The notes under the pieces were generated by a model, which saw nothing but the letters and a program-made list of their open reading frames with translations, was not told the DNA's origin and did no database searches. This document shows, in pieces, positions 20,294 through 31,130 of a DNA stretch of 64,000 nt. The DNA lies in the NCBI GenBank assembly GCA_028282585.1, contig JANQHR010000011.1:1-64000 (forward strand), given 5' to 3'. The stretch comes from Bacteroidales bacterium (GTDB lineage: Bacteria > Bacteroidota > Bacteroidia > Bacteroidales > UBA12077). Numbering within the stretch: position 1 is the stretch's first letter; each line of letters begins with the position of its first letter. Position numbers and translations under genes: made by a program.

Positions 20294-21091
20294 CTATTCT
20301 GCCTTGGGTTTGATCCTGTAACTCCTATATAGAAGGAAAAATCCAATTAGAATAAACGGTATACTTAACCACTGACCCATATTTAATGCCATTCCTTGTT
20401 CAAACCCAACCTGATCTTCTTTGATAAACTCGATTAATAACCGAACGGTGAATAACAGAATTAGAAATATACTAAATATAAGGCCTTGTTTGAGTTCTTT
20501 CCCCTTTTTATTATAAATGGTGTAAAGCAAGATAAAAATCAAAAGATAAGCTAAAGCTTCATAAATTTGCGTAGGGTGTTTTGGGATCGTTTGTCCATCA
20601 CGAACAAAAATGAAACCCCAGGGTAAACTTGTTTCTATACCATAAATTTCTGAATTCATAAGATTTCCCATGCGTATAAAAAATCCTCCAAGCGCAACCA
20701 CTATTACAATCCGATCTAAAATCCACATATAGGGTTTCTTATTTTTCTTAGAGAAATAGTACAAAGCAATTAAAATTCCTATTGCAGCACCATGGCTTGC
20801 CAAACCGCCATGCCAGATCTTTAAAATTTCAAGAGGATTACTTAAATAATATTCAGGTTGATAGAATAAACAATGTCCTAAACGAGCTCCTATTACCGTT
20901 CCTACTGCCATGTAGACAGTGAGTTTATCGAGTAATTCAACGGGTAATCCTTCTTTCTTAAAAATTCTTTGCATAATGATATAACCAAAAAAGAAAGATG
21001 AGGCAAATAAAATACCATAATATCGGATGGTTAACCCCCAGAAACTTACAATATCAGGATTTACATCCCAGTTAATATAGTTTAGCAACAT
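20294..21091 (-). CDS. lgt: Prolipoprotein diacylglyceryl transferase
   Basis: IRYYG, GARLGHC, GGLASHG, R.GN.MNSE, HPTQIYE, MGQWLS.PF. Confidence 0.97.
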   Translation of the reverse strand: MLLNYINWDVNPDIVSFWGLTIRYYGILFASSFFFGYIIMQRIFKKEGLPVELLDKLTVYMAVGTVIGARLGHCLFYQPEYYLSNPLEILKIWHGGLASHGAAIGILIALYYFSKKNKKPYMWILDRIVIVVALGGFFIRMGNLMNSEIYGIETSLPWGFIFVRDGQTIPKHPTQIYEALAYLLIFILLYTIYNKKGKELKQGLIFSIFLILLFTVRLLIEFIKEDQVGFEQGMALNMGQWLSIPFILIGFFLLYRSYRIKPKAE

Positions 21092-21258
21092 GTTTATTAT
21101 TTTTTGTTAATAACACAAATGTATTAAATTTTTAATGCCCTTAAATAATTATAGACTCAGTATTATGTTATTAAATGTTAAATAAACAAATACGGTAATA
21201 AAAATGGAAGCATAACTGTTTATTAAAATAAACTTTTTAAGTTTGTACGTTTTAATTT

Positions 21259-23229
21259 ATGAAGAATGGTATGAAAGTACATTCAATATACAGAGTAATT
21301 TATATTTTTATATTTAGTATTATAATACTTGCAAGTTGCGCAAAAATTGTAGCGCCTACTGGTGGTCCAAAAGATGAAGATCATCCGTTAATAGTTGAAA
21401 TCGATCCTCCTGATTATACAATTAACTTTAATAGCGAGAAAGTAAATATAACATTTAACGAATTTATACAATTAAAGGACCTAAATGAAAGTTTGGTAAT
21501 TTCTCCTCCGCTTGAAGAGAACCCTGAGATTAAAGTAAAAGGAAAAACATTGGTTATTGAATTTTTGGAGGAACTGAAAGATTCAACAACGTATAACATT
21601 TACTTTGGTAATTCTGTACAAGATTTTAATGAAGGAAATCCAATAGAGAATTATCAATATGTTTTATCTACAGGATCATACGTTGATTCGCTATCAATTT
21701 CCGGACAGGTTATAAACTCGTTTAATTTATTACCTGAAGAGGGAGTTTTTGTTATGTTGTATGAAGAGCTTGGAGATTCGGTACCTATTAAACAAATACC
21801 GACTTATATATCGAAAACAAATGAAGAAGGATTTTTTAGAATCAATAATATTGGGCATAATGAATACAAACTTTTTTGTGTAAGAGATTTTAATAAGAAT
21901 TACCTGTTTGATTTACCTAATGAAGACATTGCCTTCACCGATTCATTAATTAGGTTTGATTTAATTAATGAAACAATTACCGATTCAATTTACAGAGCTG
22001 ACATAATAATAGTTGATACTTTATTAACTGAAACAGATTCTTTGGTTTATAGAAAAGATACTTTGAGCAAAAGTATTACAATTACTACCATAGAAACAAT
22101 GGTTAATAATAAATTAGATACGATTGTAAGGGATACCAGCTATATAAATGCTGACACATCTTTAATATTAAAAGAAAGTTTGTTTAAGCTGGATACAATT
22201 ATACATGAGTCGATCTCGTTTTATCCGGTAATAGACTATACATTCAGGTTATTTACTGAATATAATGAACTCCAATATTTAACAAATAATACCAGAGAAA
22301 CCAAACAAAAAATAGAAATTACATTTAATAAACCTATCAAAGACAGTTTAGTTTTTTCGTTGGTAGATACAATAATTGAAAAGCAATGGTATATTGAAGA
22401 AATTAATCAAACACGGGATTCCATAATTTATTGGCTAACGGATAGCTCTTTTTATAATCAGGAGAGGCTCATATTTGCTTTAAACTATCAAAGAGAAGAT
22501 TCAAATTTAGTTTATCAATGGAATGTTGATACTCTTAATATGAGATATGTTGAAGAAAAACTAAAAAGGAACGAAGAACCTGATACTAGTTTAAAGTATA
22601 ATGTAAATATTCAGAATAAAGGCCAAATAGATTTAAATAAAGACATCAAATTTTTCTTTGAAACTCCTCTTGATTATTATGATACTTCTAGAATAGATCT
22701 GTTTGAAGTTATTGACAGTATTGAGATACCGAAAGAGTTTGAAGTTTATAAAGACAGTATAAAACATCGTTCATATTCAATGGCAGTTGATTGGAGTGAA
22801 GATACTGTATATCGGCTCGAAGTTTACCCCGGTGCTTTCACAGATATTTATGAAGCTACTAACGATACAAGTATTTTGTTATTTGATACCCAGAAACGTG
22901 ATTATTATGGGAAGATTTTGGTTGATATTATTGGCATGGATTCCATACCATCCTACCAATTAATCTGCCAATTAATAATTCCGGGAAAAGAATCAGAAAC
23001 AGTTTTCGAGGAGAAAATAATACAAAATAATCAATTGGTAGAATTTGATTTTTTACCGCCGAAAGAATTTATATTTAAAGTTATTCTGGATAAAAATTAT
23101 AATGGAAAGTGGGATACCGGAGAATATTTAAAGAATGTTCAACCGGAAGAAGTTTTGTATCATGATGAGAAAATAAAAGTCAGGTCTAATTGGGATATTG
23201 AAGTTAATTTTAATGTAAAAAAACAATAA
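21259..23229 (+). CDS. Lipoprotein with bacterial Ig-like (Big_5) domain
   Basis: Lipobox LASC followed by A...PTGGPKD..P; C-terminal D.N.NGKWDTG.Y....QPE.V. Confidence 0.85.
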   Translation: MKNGMKVHSIYRVIYIFIFSIIILASCAKIVAPTGGPKDEDHPLIVEIDPPDYTINFNSEKVNITFNEFIQLKDLNESLVISPPLEENPEIKVKGKTLVIEFLEELKDSTTYNIYFGNSVQDFNEGNPIENYQYVLSTGSYVDSLSISGQVINSFNLLPEEGVFVMLYEELGDSVPIKQIPTYISKTNEEGFFRINNIGHNEYKLFCVRDFNKNYLFDLPNEDIAFTDSLIRFDLINETITDSIYRADIIIVDTLLTETDSLVYRKDTLSKSITITTIETMVNNKLDTIVRDTSYINADTSLILKESLFKLDTIIHESISFYPVIDYTFRLFTEYNELQYLTNNTRETKQKIEITFNKPIKDSLVFSLVDTIIEKQWYIEEINQTRDSIIYWLTDSSFYNQERLIFALNYQREDSNLVYQWNVDTLNMRYVEEKLKRNEEPDTSLKYNVNIQNKGQIDLNKDIKFFFETPLDYYDTSRIDLFEVIDSIEIPKEFEVYKDSIKHRSYSMAVDWSEDTVYRLEVYPGAFTDIYEATNDTSILLFDTQKRDYYGKILVDIIGMDSIPSYQLICQLIIPGKESETVFEEKIIQNNQLVEFDFLPPKEFIFKVILDKNYNGKWDTGEYLKNVQPEEVLYHDEKIKVRSNWDIEVNFNVKKQ

Positions 23230-23230
23230 T

Positions 23231-23545
23231 ATGTCAGTACTTCTTGAGTTTGCGATGTTTCCTACGGATAAATCTGGTGATAGTGCCAGTGAATCAGTAA
23301 GTAAAGTAATTGAGATGATTCATAAAAGTGGAGTAAATTATAAACTCACGGCAATGGGTACTATAATTGAAACTGAAACAATAGAGGAGGCATTAGATAT
23401 AGTAAATCGATCATATAAAGTTCTCGAGCCCTTTTCAAAAAGAGTTTATTCTTCAATCAAATTGGATATTCGAAAAGAAAAATCGAATAGACTTCAACAG
23501 AAGATTGAGTCAGTTGAATCAAAAATCGGTAAAGTAAATAAATAA
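23231..23545 (+). CDS. MTH1187/YkoF thiamine-binding family protein
   Basis: EFAMFP, SG..YKLT.MGTIIE, RVY..IK.D.R, KI.SV. Confidence 0.88.
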   Translation: MSVLLEFAMFPTDKSGDSASESVSKVIEMIHKSGVNYKLTAMGTIIETETIEEALDIVNRSYKVLEPFSKRVYSSIKLDIRKEKSNRLQQKIESVESKIGKVNK

Positions 23546-23675
23546 CTGCTTTCTATTGATAGAACGCTATATTAATCATCAATAAATTGAACAAATTAGT
23601 TCTTTTTTTCGTAGAAAAGAAATAACTTGTCATGCCCTAATTTGTTAATTATTATTTGTTTAAAAGGTAGATGGT

Positions 23676-26600
23676 ATGTTTAAACGTCTTGCTCTCATAT
23701 TTTTATTTTTCGTTGTTGGTGGAGTAGTTTTATCCCAGGAAAAAGTAAAAATAAATTTAAAAAAACAAAGAAGCCATATTAAGAAAAATCAGGAATTTGT
23801 TCAAAACGTTCAAAATGGATTTATTATAAAAAAAGATATTAGTGTTATTGAGCTAAACGAAAAGGAGACAAAAGAGGGATTTTATCGCCAATTATTTTCG
23901 GAAGGAATGAGTAAAACGTTCGATGCAGGTAAACCGGATCTGCCAGTTATTAACAGACTTATTGAAATTCCACAAAATCATACTGCTAAAGTAAAGCTTA
24001 TCCGTTACGATGAAGAAATAGTTAATTTGAAAGACTATGGATTAACCAAGCTAATATCTCCGGCTCAACCTTCTTTTGAAAAAAGTAAAAATCCAAAAAA
24101 TATTCCATTTTATAAAGATGAAGAGGTTTATAGCGCTAATGAGTTTTATAGTAAAGAAAGTGTAAAATTTGAGGATATTGGGTATTTACGTCATAAACAT
24201 TTAGGATATATTGAGATATCACCATTTTCGTACAACCCTGTAACAAACACATTAAAAGTTCTAAATAATATCGAGGTTAGCGTTGAGTTTATTCCTGAAA
24301 AACAAAAAAAACATAAAACCTTTGATCAACTGGGATCGCCTTATTTTAATAATGTTAATTACCAAACAATAAATAAAACAACCGAATCCAAATCTCTAAT
24401 TAGTGGTCCTGTTAAGTATGTCATTGTATCAGATCGAATGTTTGAGGAAACATTGCGACCATTTATTGAATGGAAAACTCAAAAGGGTTACATTGTTGTT
24501 GAGGCTTATACAGATTTAATAGGTAATACCACAACAGATATACAGGCCTATTTACAAGATTTATATGATAACCCAAGTGATGGCATATCTCCTACATTCG
24601 GATTATTGGTTGGTGATGTGGATCAAGTACCAACTTTTAGTGGTACTGCAGGAAGTCATAAAACTGATTTATATTACTTTGAATATACAGGAGATAAGTT
24701 ACCAGAAGTATTTTATGGTAGATTTTCAGCTGAGTCGGTAGAGGAACTGCAACCTCAAATTGAAAAAACCCTGAAAGTAGAAAAGTATGAAATGCCAAAT
24801 CCATCATATCTTGATAATGTGGTTTTAGTAGCAGGAGTTGATGGCAGTTATGCACCAACGTATGGTAATGGTGCGATTAATTATGCTAATAATTACTATA
24901 CCAATTCAGAAAACAATATAACATCTTATTTTTATTTATATAATGATGATAGTGGGGTAATGTCCTCAAATAATTCAGGAGCATCAGCATCAATTAGAAG
25001 TTATATTAACGCAGGAGTTTCTTTTTCAAACTACACAGCGCATTGTGGCTCAAATGGATGGTCCGACCCTAGTTTTAGTATAAGCCATATTGATGAGCTT
25101 ACAAATGAACATATGTATCCCTTGATTATTGGGAATTGCTGCCAGTCAAATACTTTTTATAATGACGATTGTTTTGGTGAAGAGATTTTAATGGCCGCAA
25201 ATAAAGGTGCAGTCGGGTATATTGGTGGATCTAATCTTACATATTGGGATGAAGATTATTATTGGGCAATAGGACTTACGGGATCTGTTAGTGCAAATCC
25301 AACTTATGAAGGAAGTGAACTGGGAGTATACGACAGGTTCTTTCATTTAAACGGTGAATCGCAAGAGGATTGGTATGTAACTCAAGGGCAAATAAATGTT
25401 GCAGGTAATTTGGCAGTTCAGGCATCGACTTCATCCAGAAAAGCATATTATTGGGAGGTTTATCATTTAATGGGCGATCCTTCGCTTACACCATTTGTAA
25501 CTGTCCCTTCCTCTCTTGTGGCTTCTTATAATGAGGATATTATTGTAGGATCTTCAAGTTTTCAGATAAGTGCTGAAGAAAACTCTTATGTAGCGCTTTC
25601 TCAAAATGGAGTGCTATTGGATGCCCACCTGGTAGATGCATCAGGAACCGTCGAATTATCATTTGACCCAGTCACCGAAGTTGGAACTGCAGATATTGTA
25701 ATTACTAAGCAAAATCGTCAGCCTGTTATTGATCAAATTAACGTGATTCCTTCGACTACTCCATATATATTGTTAGACTATTATGTGATTAATGATGAAA
25801 CCGAAAATTATGATTCAACTCCCGATTACGGAGAAACAATAAAACTAGATATTCAATTAAAGAATTTATCCGACGATTACGATGCTTTAAATGTTAAAGC
25901 TAATTTGACTACTTCTGACACAAATGTTATTATTTCAGATGGATATCATGACTTTGGTTCGATACCTAAATCAGATAGTTTATTTGTTGAAGGAACATTT
26001 ACAATTCAGATAAAAAATAGGGTTACCAACCAACATAATATAGAATTTGTAGTTGAAATACTTGGTGAAGACTTGGGAAGTGTCGAATATAGTTGGATTT
26101 CAAAATTTAATTTGGTAATAAATGCACCGGAAGTAGAAATTATGGATGTTCAAATAAATGATTTGACAGGCAATAATAATGAAATTTTAGATCCAGGAGA
26201 AACAAGTGATATAGAACTAATTGTAAAAAACAAAGGTAATTCTTTAATTTCGGGTTTAGTTGGAAAATCCAGTATATTAGGGCAAGGAGCTTTATATTTA
26301 ACAATCAACAATGAAGTTTCAGACAGCTTTTCTTTAGATGCTGGTGAAACAGATACCATATCTTTTAATGTTACCGCTAATTCTGAAACTGTTTATGGTA
26401 CAGTAGTATATATGAACTATGTTATAGAAGATCCAATAAATCAATTTTATACTATAACAAAGGATAAAGAAATAAGCGTAGGAGAAATTCCGAATATTCT
26501 GATAAATGATAAAGATACAAGTATTGTTAACAAAGGATATTTTTATGATTCGGGGGGAAGCGCAGGAAATTATTCTAACCATGAAAATGATACAATAACA

Positions 26601-28292
26601 ATTCGTCCTTATAATGATGGTCAGTACATAAATGTAGAATTTTTGGAATTTAGCATAGAAGCAGATGGAAGTGGTTGTTATGACTATTTGGAGATATATG
26701 ACGGTTTAAATACAGAGGCAGATTTAATAGGATCATATTGTAACTCAAATGTTCCCGCCAGTATTACCGCAACAAATCCGGAAGGGGCTCTAACGTTTAG
26801 ATTTTCTTCCGATTATTCGGTAATTTATCAAGGGTGGGAGGCTGAAATAACAACGGTACAAGGAACAAATTACAATCTATCTTTAATGGTTTCGGACATT
26901 AGTGGCCCGGTAAAAGGAGCAGTTGTTGAGTTTGACGGACAAACTGATACTACTGATATAAATGGTGAAGCCCAATTTGTAAATATACCGAAAGGTATAA
27001 ACTATCCATTGTCTATTTCAGCTATTGGATATGAAACTTTACAGACAACCCTTAATATATTTGAAAATATAAACGAAGAGTTTACGCTTGAAATTTTGAA
27101 ATATGATATTACATTTAACTTGTTCGATCCGGATGGTTCTGTTGAAGGAAATGTAATTTTTAACGGATTAACATTATCAACAACAAACGGTATCGTAACT
27201 TTCGAAGACGTTGAATATGGATTAAACAAAGAATGTATAATTCAATCTTATGGTTGCGAAACCAAAATAGATACAATAGATGTAGCTACTAATATTTCTG
27301 TGGATATAGTTTTAAATGCAATAAATTACGATATTGATTTTATTATTTCTGATGGTATAAATCCCGTTCAAAATGTGATTATTGAGTTTGATAATAAGGA
27401 AGTAAGTACGGATATTAATGGGTTGGCTAAGTTTGAACAGGTGAAAATGGATACAATGCTAAACTATATTGTTCGAAAAACAGATTATGATAATATTGAG
27501 GGAAATGTTAATGTGTTGAAAGATTCAACTATATACTTAACCTTAAATGGAGGTAAAGCATATTATAAAGTGCGTTTTGAAGTAAAAAGGGAATTAAATC
27601 CAGTATATAATGCCGAAGTTATACTAAATAATGATACGCTTTTTACAAATAATGAGGGATTAGCAATTTTTGAGGATATTGAGGAGTTAGAAAACATGAC
27701 TTATAAAATTACTAAACCACATTTTAATATTGAAGAAGGTACTATTAGTATTTCAGGCGACAATATTACGATTGTAAAAGATCTTACTTACACAACCTAT
27801 GAAGTAATATTTAGACTTATTGAGAATGGAAATCCAGTAACTGATGCAAGTATTACATTTGATGGGATTAGTAAAGTAAGCGATAGCAATGGAGAGTCTA
27901 TTTTTGAGTTGATTTATTCCCTAAACAGAACTTATCAAATAACAATGGATGGTTACGAGGATAATAGTGGGATGATTAATGTTGATGAGAATAAGGTTCT
28001 TGATATATTGATGGTTCCAACAAGAATTGACGATATAGAAGAACGGTATGTTAAAATTTATCCAAATCCATCAAATGGACAATTTATAGTAGAGATAAAC
28101 GATATAAATAATAAATTATTTACGATAAGAATTTTTAATATAATTGGTTCTACTATTTATACCAAAGAAGTTTCTGGTTACTCTTATGTTCGCGAACAAA
28201 TTGATATTTCGCAATATGCAAAAGGAATGTATTTTGTTTCAATTGAATCTGAAGATGGAACAATTAATAGCAATAGAATTTTAATTAGATAA
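23676..28292 (+). CDS. C25 (gingipain-family) cysteine peptidase with propeptide, CUB domain, Ig-like repeats and type A T9SS CTD
   Basis: G.PDLP propeptide, WK.QKG, LLVGD, NYTAHC, IGNCC, YW.EDYYW, YH.MGDPS; CUB YDSGG..GNY...YDYLEIYDG; CTD IYPNPSNG...GMYFV. Confidence 0.93.
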   Translation: MFKRLALIFLFFVVGGVVLSQEKVKINLKKQRSHIKKNQEFVQNVQNGFIIKKDISVIELNEKETKEGFYRQLFSEGMSKTFDAGKPDLPVINRLIEIPQNHTAKVKLIRYDEEIVNLKDYGLTKLISPAQPSFEKSKNPKNIPFYKDEEVYSANEFYSKESVKFEDIGYLRHKHLGYIEISPFSYNPVTNTLKVLNNIEVSVEFIPEKQKKHKTFDQLGSPYFNNVNYQTINKTTESKSLISGPVKYVIVSDRMFEETLRPFIEWKTQKGYIVVEAYTDLIGNTTTDIQAYLQDLYDNPSDGISPTFGLLVGDVDQVPTFSGTAGSHKTDLYYFEYTGDKLPEVFYGRFSAESVEELQPQIEKTLKVEKYEMPNPSYLDNVVLVAGVDGSYAPTYGNGAINYANNYYTNSENNITSYFYLYNDDSGVMSSNNSGASASIRSYINAGVSFSNYTAHCGSNGWSDPSFSISHIDELTNEHMYPLIIGNCCQSNTFYNDDCFGEEILMAANKGAVGYIGGSNLTYWDEDYYWAIGLTGSVSANPTYEGSELGVYDRFFHLNGESQEDWYVTQGQINVAGNLAVQASTSSRKAYYWEVYHLMGDPSLTPFVTVPSSLVASYNEDIIVGSSSFQISAEENSYVALSQNGVLLDAHLVDASGTVELSFDPVTEVGTADIVITKQNRQPVIDQINVIPSTTPYILLDYYVINDETENYDSTPDYGETIKLDIQLKNLSDDYDALNVKANLTTSDTNVIISDGYHDFGSIPKSDSLFVEGTFTIQIKNRVTNQHNIEFVVEILGEDLGSVEYSWISKFNLVINAPEVEIMDVQINDLTGNNNEILDPGETSDIELIVKNKGNSLISGLVGKSSILGQGALYLTINNEVSDSFSLDAGETDTISFNVTANSETVYGTVVYMNYVIEDPINQFYTITKDKEISVGEIPNILINDKDTSIVNKGYFYDSGGSAGNYSNHENDTITIRPYNDGQYINVEFLEFSIEADGSGCYDYLEIYDGLNTEADLIGSYCNSNVPASITATNPEGALTFRFSSDYSVIYQGWEAEITTVQGTNYNLSLMVSDISGPVKGAVVEFDGQTDTTDINGEAQFVNIPKGINYPLSISAIGYETLQTTLNIFENINEEFTLEILKYDITFNLFDPDGSVEGNVIFNGLTLSTTNGIVTFEDVEYGLNKECIIQSYGCETKIDTIDVATNISVDIVLNAINYDIDFIISDGINPVQNVIIEFDNKEVSTDINGLAKFEQVKMDTMLNYIVRKTDYDNIEGNVNVLKDSTIYLTLNGGKAYYKVRFEVKRELNPVYNAEVILNNDTLFTNNEGLAIFEDIEELENMTYKITKPHFNIEEGTISISGDNITIVKDLTYTTYEVIFRLIENGNPVTDASITFDGISKVSDSNGESIFELIYSLNRTYQITMDGYEDNSGMINVDENKVLDILMVPTRIDDIEERYVKIYPNPSNGQFIVEINDINNKLFTIRIFNIIGSTIYTKEVSGYSYVREQIDISQYAKGMYFVSIESEDGTINSNRILIR

Positions 28293-28309
28293 CTTTATTT
28301 AATTGGATT

Positions 28310-28392
28310 AAACCCGATTGAAAAATGAACTGCACCCCAAAAGTTTGATACAACATTTGGGGTGTAGTTCAAAAAAAGGATCGGGTTTTTTT
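28310..28392 (+). terminator. Terminator stem (AAACCCGAT/ATCGGGTTT plus T tract) whose loop is occupied by a palindromic insert
   Basis: Arms at 28310-28318 and 28380-28388. Confidence 0.65.
28326..28371. mobile_element. 46-bp miniature element made of IS3-family-like terminal inverted repeats
   Basis: TGAACTGCACCCCAAAAGTT...AACATTTGGGGTGTAGTTCA; TG...CA ends, 18/20 self-complementary, flanked by A runs. Confidence 0.6.
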
Positions 28393-28434
28393 ATTGTTTA
28401 AAATTTAGGATATTTATAATTCAAAATCCATATT

Positions 28435-29091
28435 ATGAAAGAAGATCATAAACGATTTATTTACAGCTTAGTTTTTCCGGTATTTTTTCTAATTATAATA
28501 TGGCTCATTAAAATTTCTGAAATTTTATTAAATATTAATTTCACTTTTTTGGGAATTTTCCCACTTAAAACAAAAGGATTAGTTGGGATTATAACAGCTC
28601 CACTTATACATTCGGATATTGAGCATTTGATAGCCAATAGTGTTCCAATTTTAATATTAGGTACAGGAATTTTTTACTTTTATAACAAAATTGCATATAA
28701 AGTATTCTTTTTAAGCTATTTTATTGCAAATGTATGGATTTGGCTAGGTGCTCGACATGCTTATCATATTGGTGCAAGTGGATTAGTATACAGTTTTGCA
28801 TCTTTTTTGTTCGTAAGTGGTATGATTAGGAAAAATATGCGATTAATGGCCATATCATTACTAGTTGTTTTTCTTTATGGAAGCATGATTTGGGGAGTTT
28901 TGCCTTTACAACCCCATATTTCATGGGAGTCTCATTTGATGGGGGCAATAGCAGGATTAGTTTTAGCGGTTTATTATAAAGATCAAGGGCCAAAACGAAA
29001 AGTATATAGTTGGGAGTTAGAAGAAGAGGATGAAGATTTAGATGAAGAAGATAGATATTGGGAAATTGAAACAGAAGAAAATGAAGATTGA
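28435..29091 (+). CDS. Rhomboid family intramembrane serine protease
   Basis: H....HL..N, HIGASG, SWESHL.G. Confidence 0.92.
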   Translation: MKEDHKRFIYSLVFPVFFLIIIWLIKISEILLNINFTFLGIFPLKTKGLVGIITAPLIHSDIEHLIANSVPILILGTGIFYFYNKIAYKVFFLSYFIANVWIWLGARHAYHIGASGLVYSFASFLFVSGMIRKNMRLMAISLLVVFLYGSMIWGVLPLQPHISWESHLMGAIAGLVLAVYYKDQGPKRKVYSWELEEEDEDLDEEDRYWEIETEENED

Positions 29092-29092
29092 A

Positions 29093-29776
29093 ATGAAAAG
29101 TATCACTATATTGGTTTTAATAGTATTTTTTGGTTTTCCACTAAAAGCCCAAACAAAATATAATAAAACAGGGATAGCTAGTTTTTATGCTGATAAATTT
29201 GAAGGAAGGCAGACGGCTAATGGTGAGATCTATTATCATGTAAAAAGAACTGCGGCTCACAGAACATTACCGTTTGGAAGCGTTGTAAAAGTAACCAATG
29301 TGGAGAATAATAAATATGTTGTTGTGCGTATTAATGATCGCGGACCTTTTGTAGACAACAGAATTATTGATCTTTCAAAATCGGCAGCAAACGAGCTCGA
29401 TTTTATTGAGAAGGGGCTTGCAAAAGTACGAGTGGAACTAATAGCTTCAACCGAAGATCTTCCAGGTAAAAAATCCGAATACAAAAAGAATGGGAATCGA
29501 TCCCTTTATTTTAAAGTAAATGCAGAGCAGGTAAATCCCAAAGGTAAAGGAGTCCAAATAGGAAGTTTTAAAAGTGATGAAAATGTGTTTAAGTTAGTTA
29601 ATGAAATTAGGAATAAATATAAAGAGGAGCTGTTTGTTGAGGTATCGGAGGTTAAAAAACAAAAAGTATATAGAATTATTATAGGTACTAGTAATAATGA
29701 TGAATATTTAAACAATCTAAAGAAAAAACTCTCAAAGGAATACCCCGATTGTTTTATTGTAACATTTAAGAATTGA
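29093..29776 (+). CDS. rlpA: RlpA-family lytic transglycosylase with SPOR domain
   Basis: [40 protein letters not shown]; C-terminal VQIGSF SPOR; probable start 29093. Confidence 0.9.
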   Translation: MKSITILVLIVFFGFPLKAQTKYNKTGIASFYADKFEGRQTANGEIYYHVKRTAAHRTLPFGSVVKVTNVENNKYVVVRINDRGPFVDNRIIDLSKSAANELDFIEKGLAKVRVELIASTEDLPGKKSEYKKNGNRSLYFKVNAEQVNPKGKGVQIGSFKSDENVFKLVNEIRNKYKEELFVEVSEVKKQKVYRIIIGTSNNDEYLNNLKKKLSKEYPDCFIVTFKN

Positions 29777-30036
29777 TATTAGCTTATTTTAGTAAATTAA
29801 ATAATTTTCCTATACTTAAAAAACTCATTGTTAATCATTTGATTTTCCTTCAAAACAAATTGCAATAGTTATTGAATTGAATTATATTTGAATTGAGGAG
29901 TTACTTTTTGTTTAATTTGTTGTTAACCAAAAATCTACGAATACAATTAAATAGTTTGTATATGTTAATAGACAATTCTTATTGAGATAACATATCTCAT
30001 ATAATTAATAATCTTTTAATTTAAATATCTAAGAAT

Positions 30037-31128
30037 ATGAGAAAATTTACAATTTTATTTTTTAGTACAGTCCTCTTTACAGTAAGTGTCTGTGGGCAAA
30101 ATATTTTTCCTTCCGATGATAATGTGAAAATTGATGGTTACTCTTTACAATTTATTAGGCCTTCTACAGCTGGAGGGTGGGCGAGAGGCCTAAATTATTA
30201 CGATACTGATAATGCAACAAGATACTCTGGAATTGGATTGTTTGGGTCTGGTGCTGAAGCGCGTTATTTTTATATTGCGCATGGAACTTATCCCTATAGT
30301 TCAAAATTGGGTCTATATATATTATCTGATGGAAAAGTTGGAATTGGAACCACAAATCCAAATGAAGAACTAGAAGTTAATGGTAACGTAGTAGCCAATC
30401 AGTATAAATTTAAAACTGTTTATTATGATTTCTCAGCTAGCCCAAGAACTCAGCTTGAAAGTATGAGCCTGAAATTGTTTGATGATTATAATGTTCACCG
30501 TCCAGGAGGTGAAGCTCCAGGTGGCAATAATTACGGGACTTTGTTATCTATATATGGAAGGGTTAATCATTGGGAGCACAATCTTTATTTTGGAGCTAAT
30601 AAAAGGCTATACTTTAGAACAAGCACCTGGACAGGAGGATCGTCTGAAAATGGTACCGGAGAGTTCAATGACTGGAGAACTATATTAGATTCGAAAAGTT
30701 CAGTTGAATCTTCAGGAAATTTAAAGATAACTGGAACTGGAGACCATTATATTGCATCAGGTAATATTGGAATTGGAACTACGACTCCTGATTACAAGCT
30801 TACCGTTGATGGCACTATTGGCTGCGAAGAGGTAATAGTGGAAAATATTGTAGGTGCAGATTTTGTATTTGAAGAAGAATATGATTTAAGAAGTTTAAAC
30901 GAAGTGGAAGAGTTTATTAAAACTAATAAACATTTACCGGAAGTTGCTAGTGCAAAAGATATGGAAGAGAATGGAATAGATATAGGTGAGTTTCAAATTC
31001 AATTACTACAAAAGATTGAAGAGCTAACACTTTATGTTATTGAACTAAAAAAAGAAAACGATGAACAAAGACAAATAAATGCTGAGCAAACACAATTAAT
31101 AAAGAAACTAATAGAAAATACTAAATAA
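30037..31128 (+). CDS. Secreted tail-fibre-like protein with Bacteroidota chaperone/coiled-coil C-terminus
   Basis: Signal peptide; two G(K/N)(V/I)GIGTT.P repeats; ADFVF...Y.L..L.EVE.FI..NKHLP...LLQKIEELTLY.I. Confidence 0.8.
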   Translation: MRKFTILFFSTVLFTVSVCGQNIFPSDDNVKIDGYSLQFIRPSTAGGWARGLNYYDTDNATRYSGIGLFGSGAEARYFYIAHGTYPYSSKLGLYILSDGKVGIGTTNPNEELEVNGNVVANQYKFKTVYYDFSASPRTQLESMSLKLFDDYNVHRPGGEAPGGNNYGTLLSIYGRVNHWEHNLYFGANKRLYFRTSTWTGGSSENGTGEFNDWRTILDSKSSVESSGNLKITGTGDHYIASGNIGIGTTTPDYKLTVDGTIGCEEVIVENIVGADFVFEEEYDLRSLNEVEEFIKTNKHLPEVASAKDMEENGIDIGEFQIQLLQKIEELTLYVIELKKENDEQRQINAEQTQLIKKLIENTK

Positions 31129-31130
31129 TT

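Noticed and set aside
28310-28392. Possible CRISPR repeat
   Set aside because: Single palindrome, with no repeat-spacer array and no cas genes.
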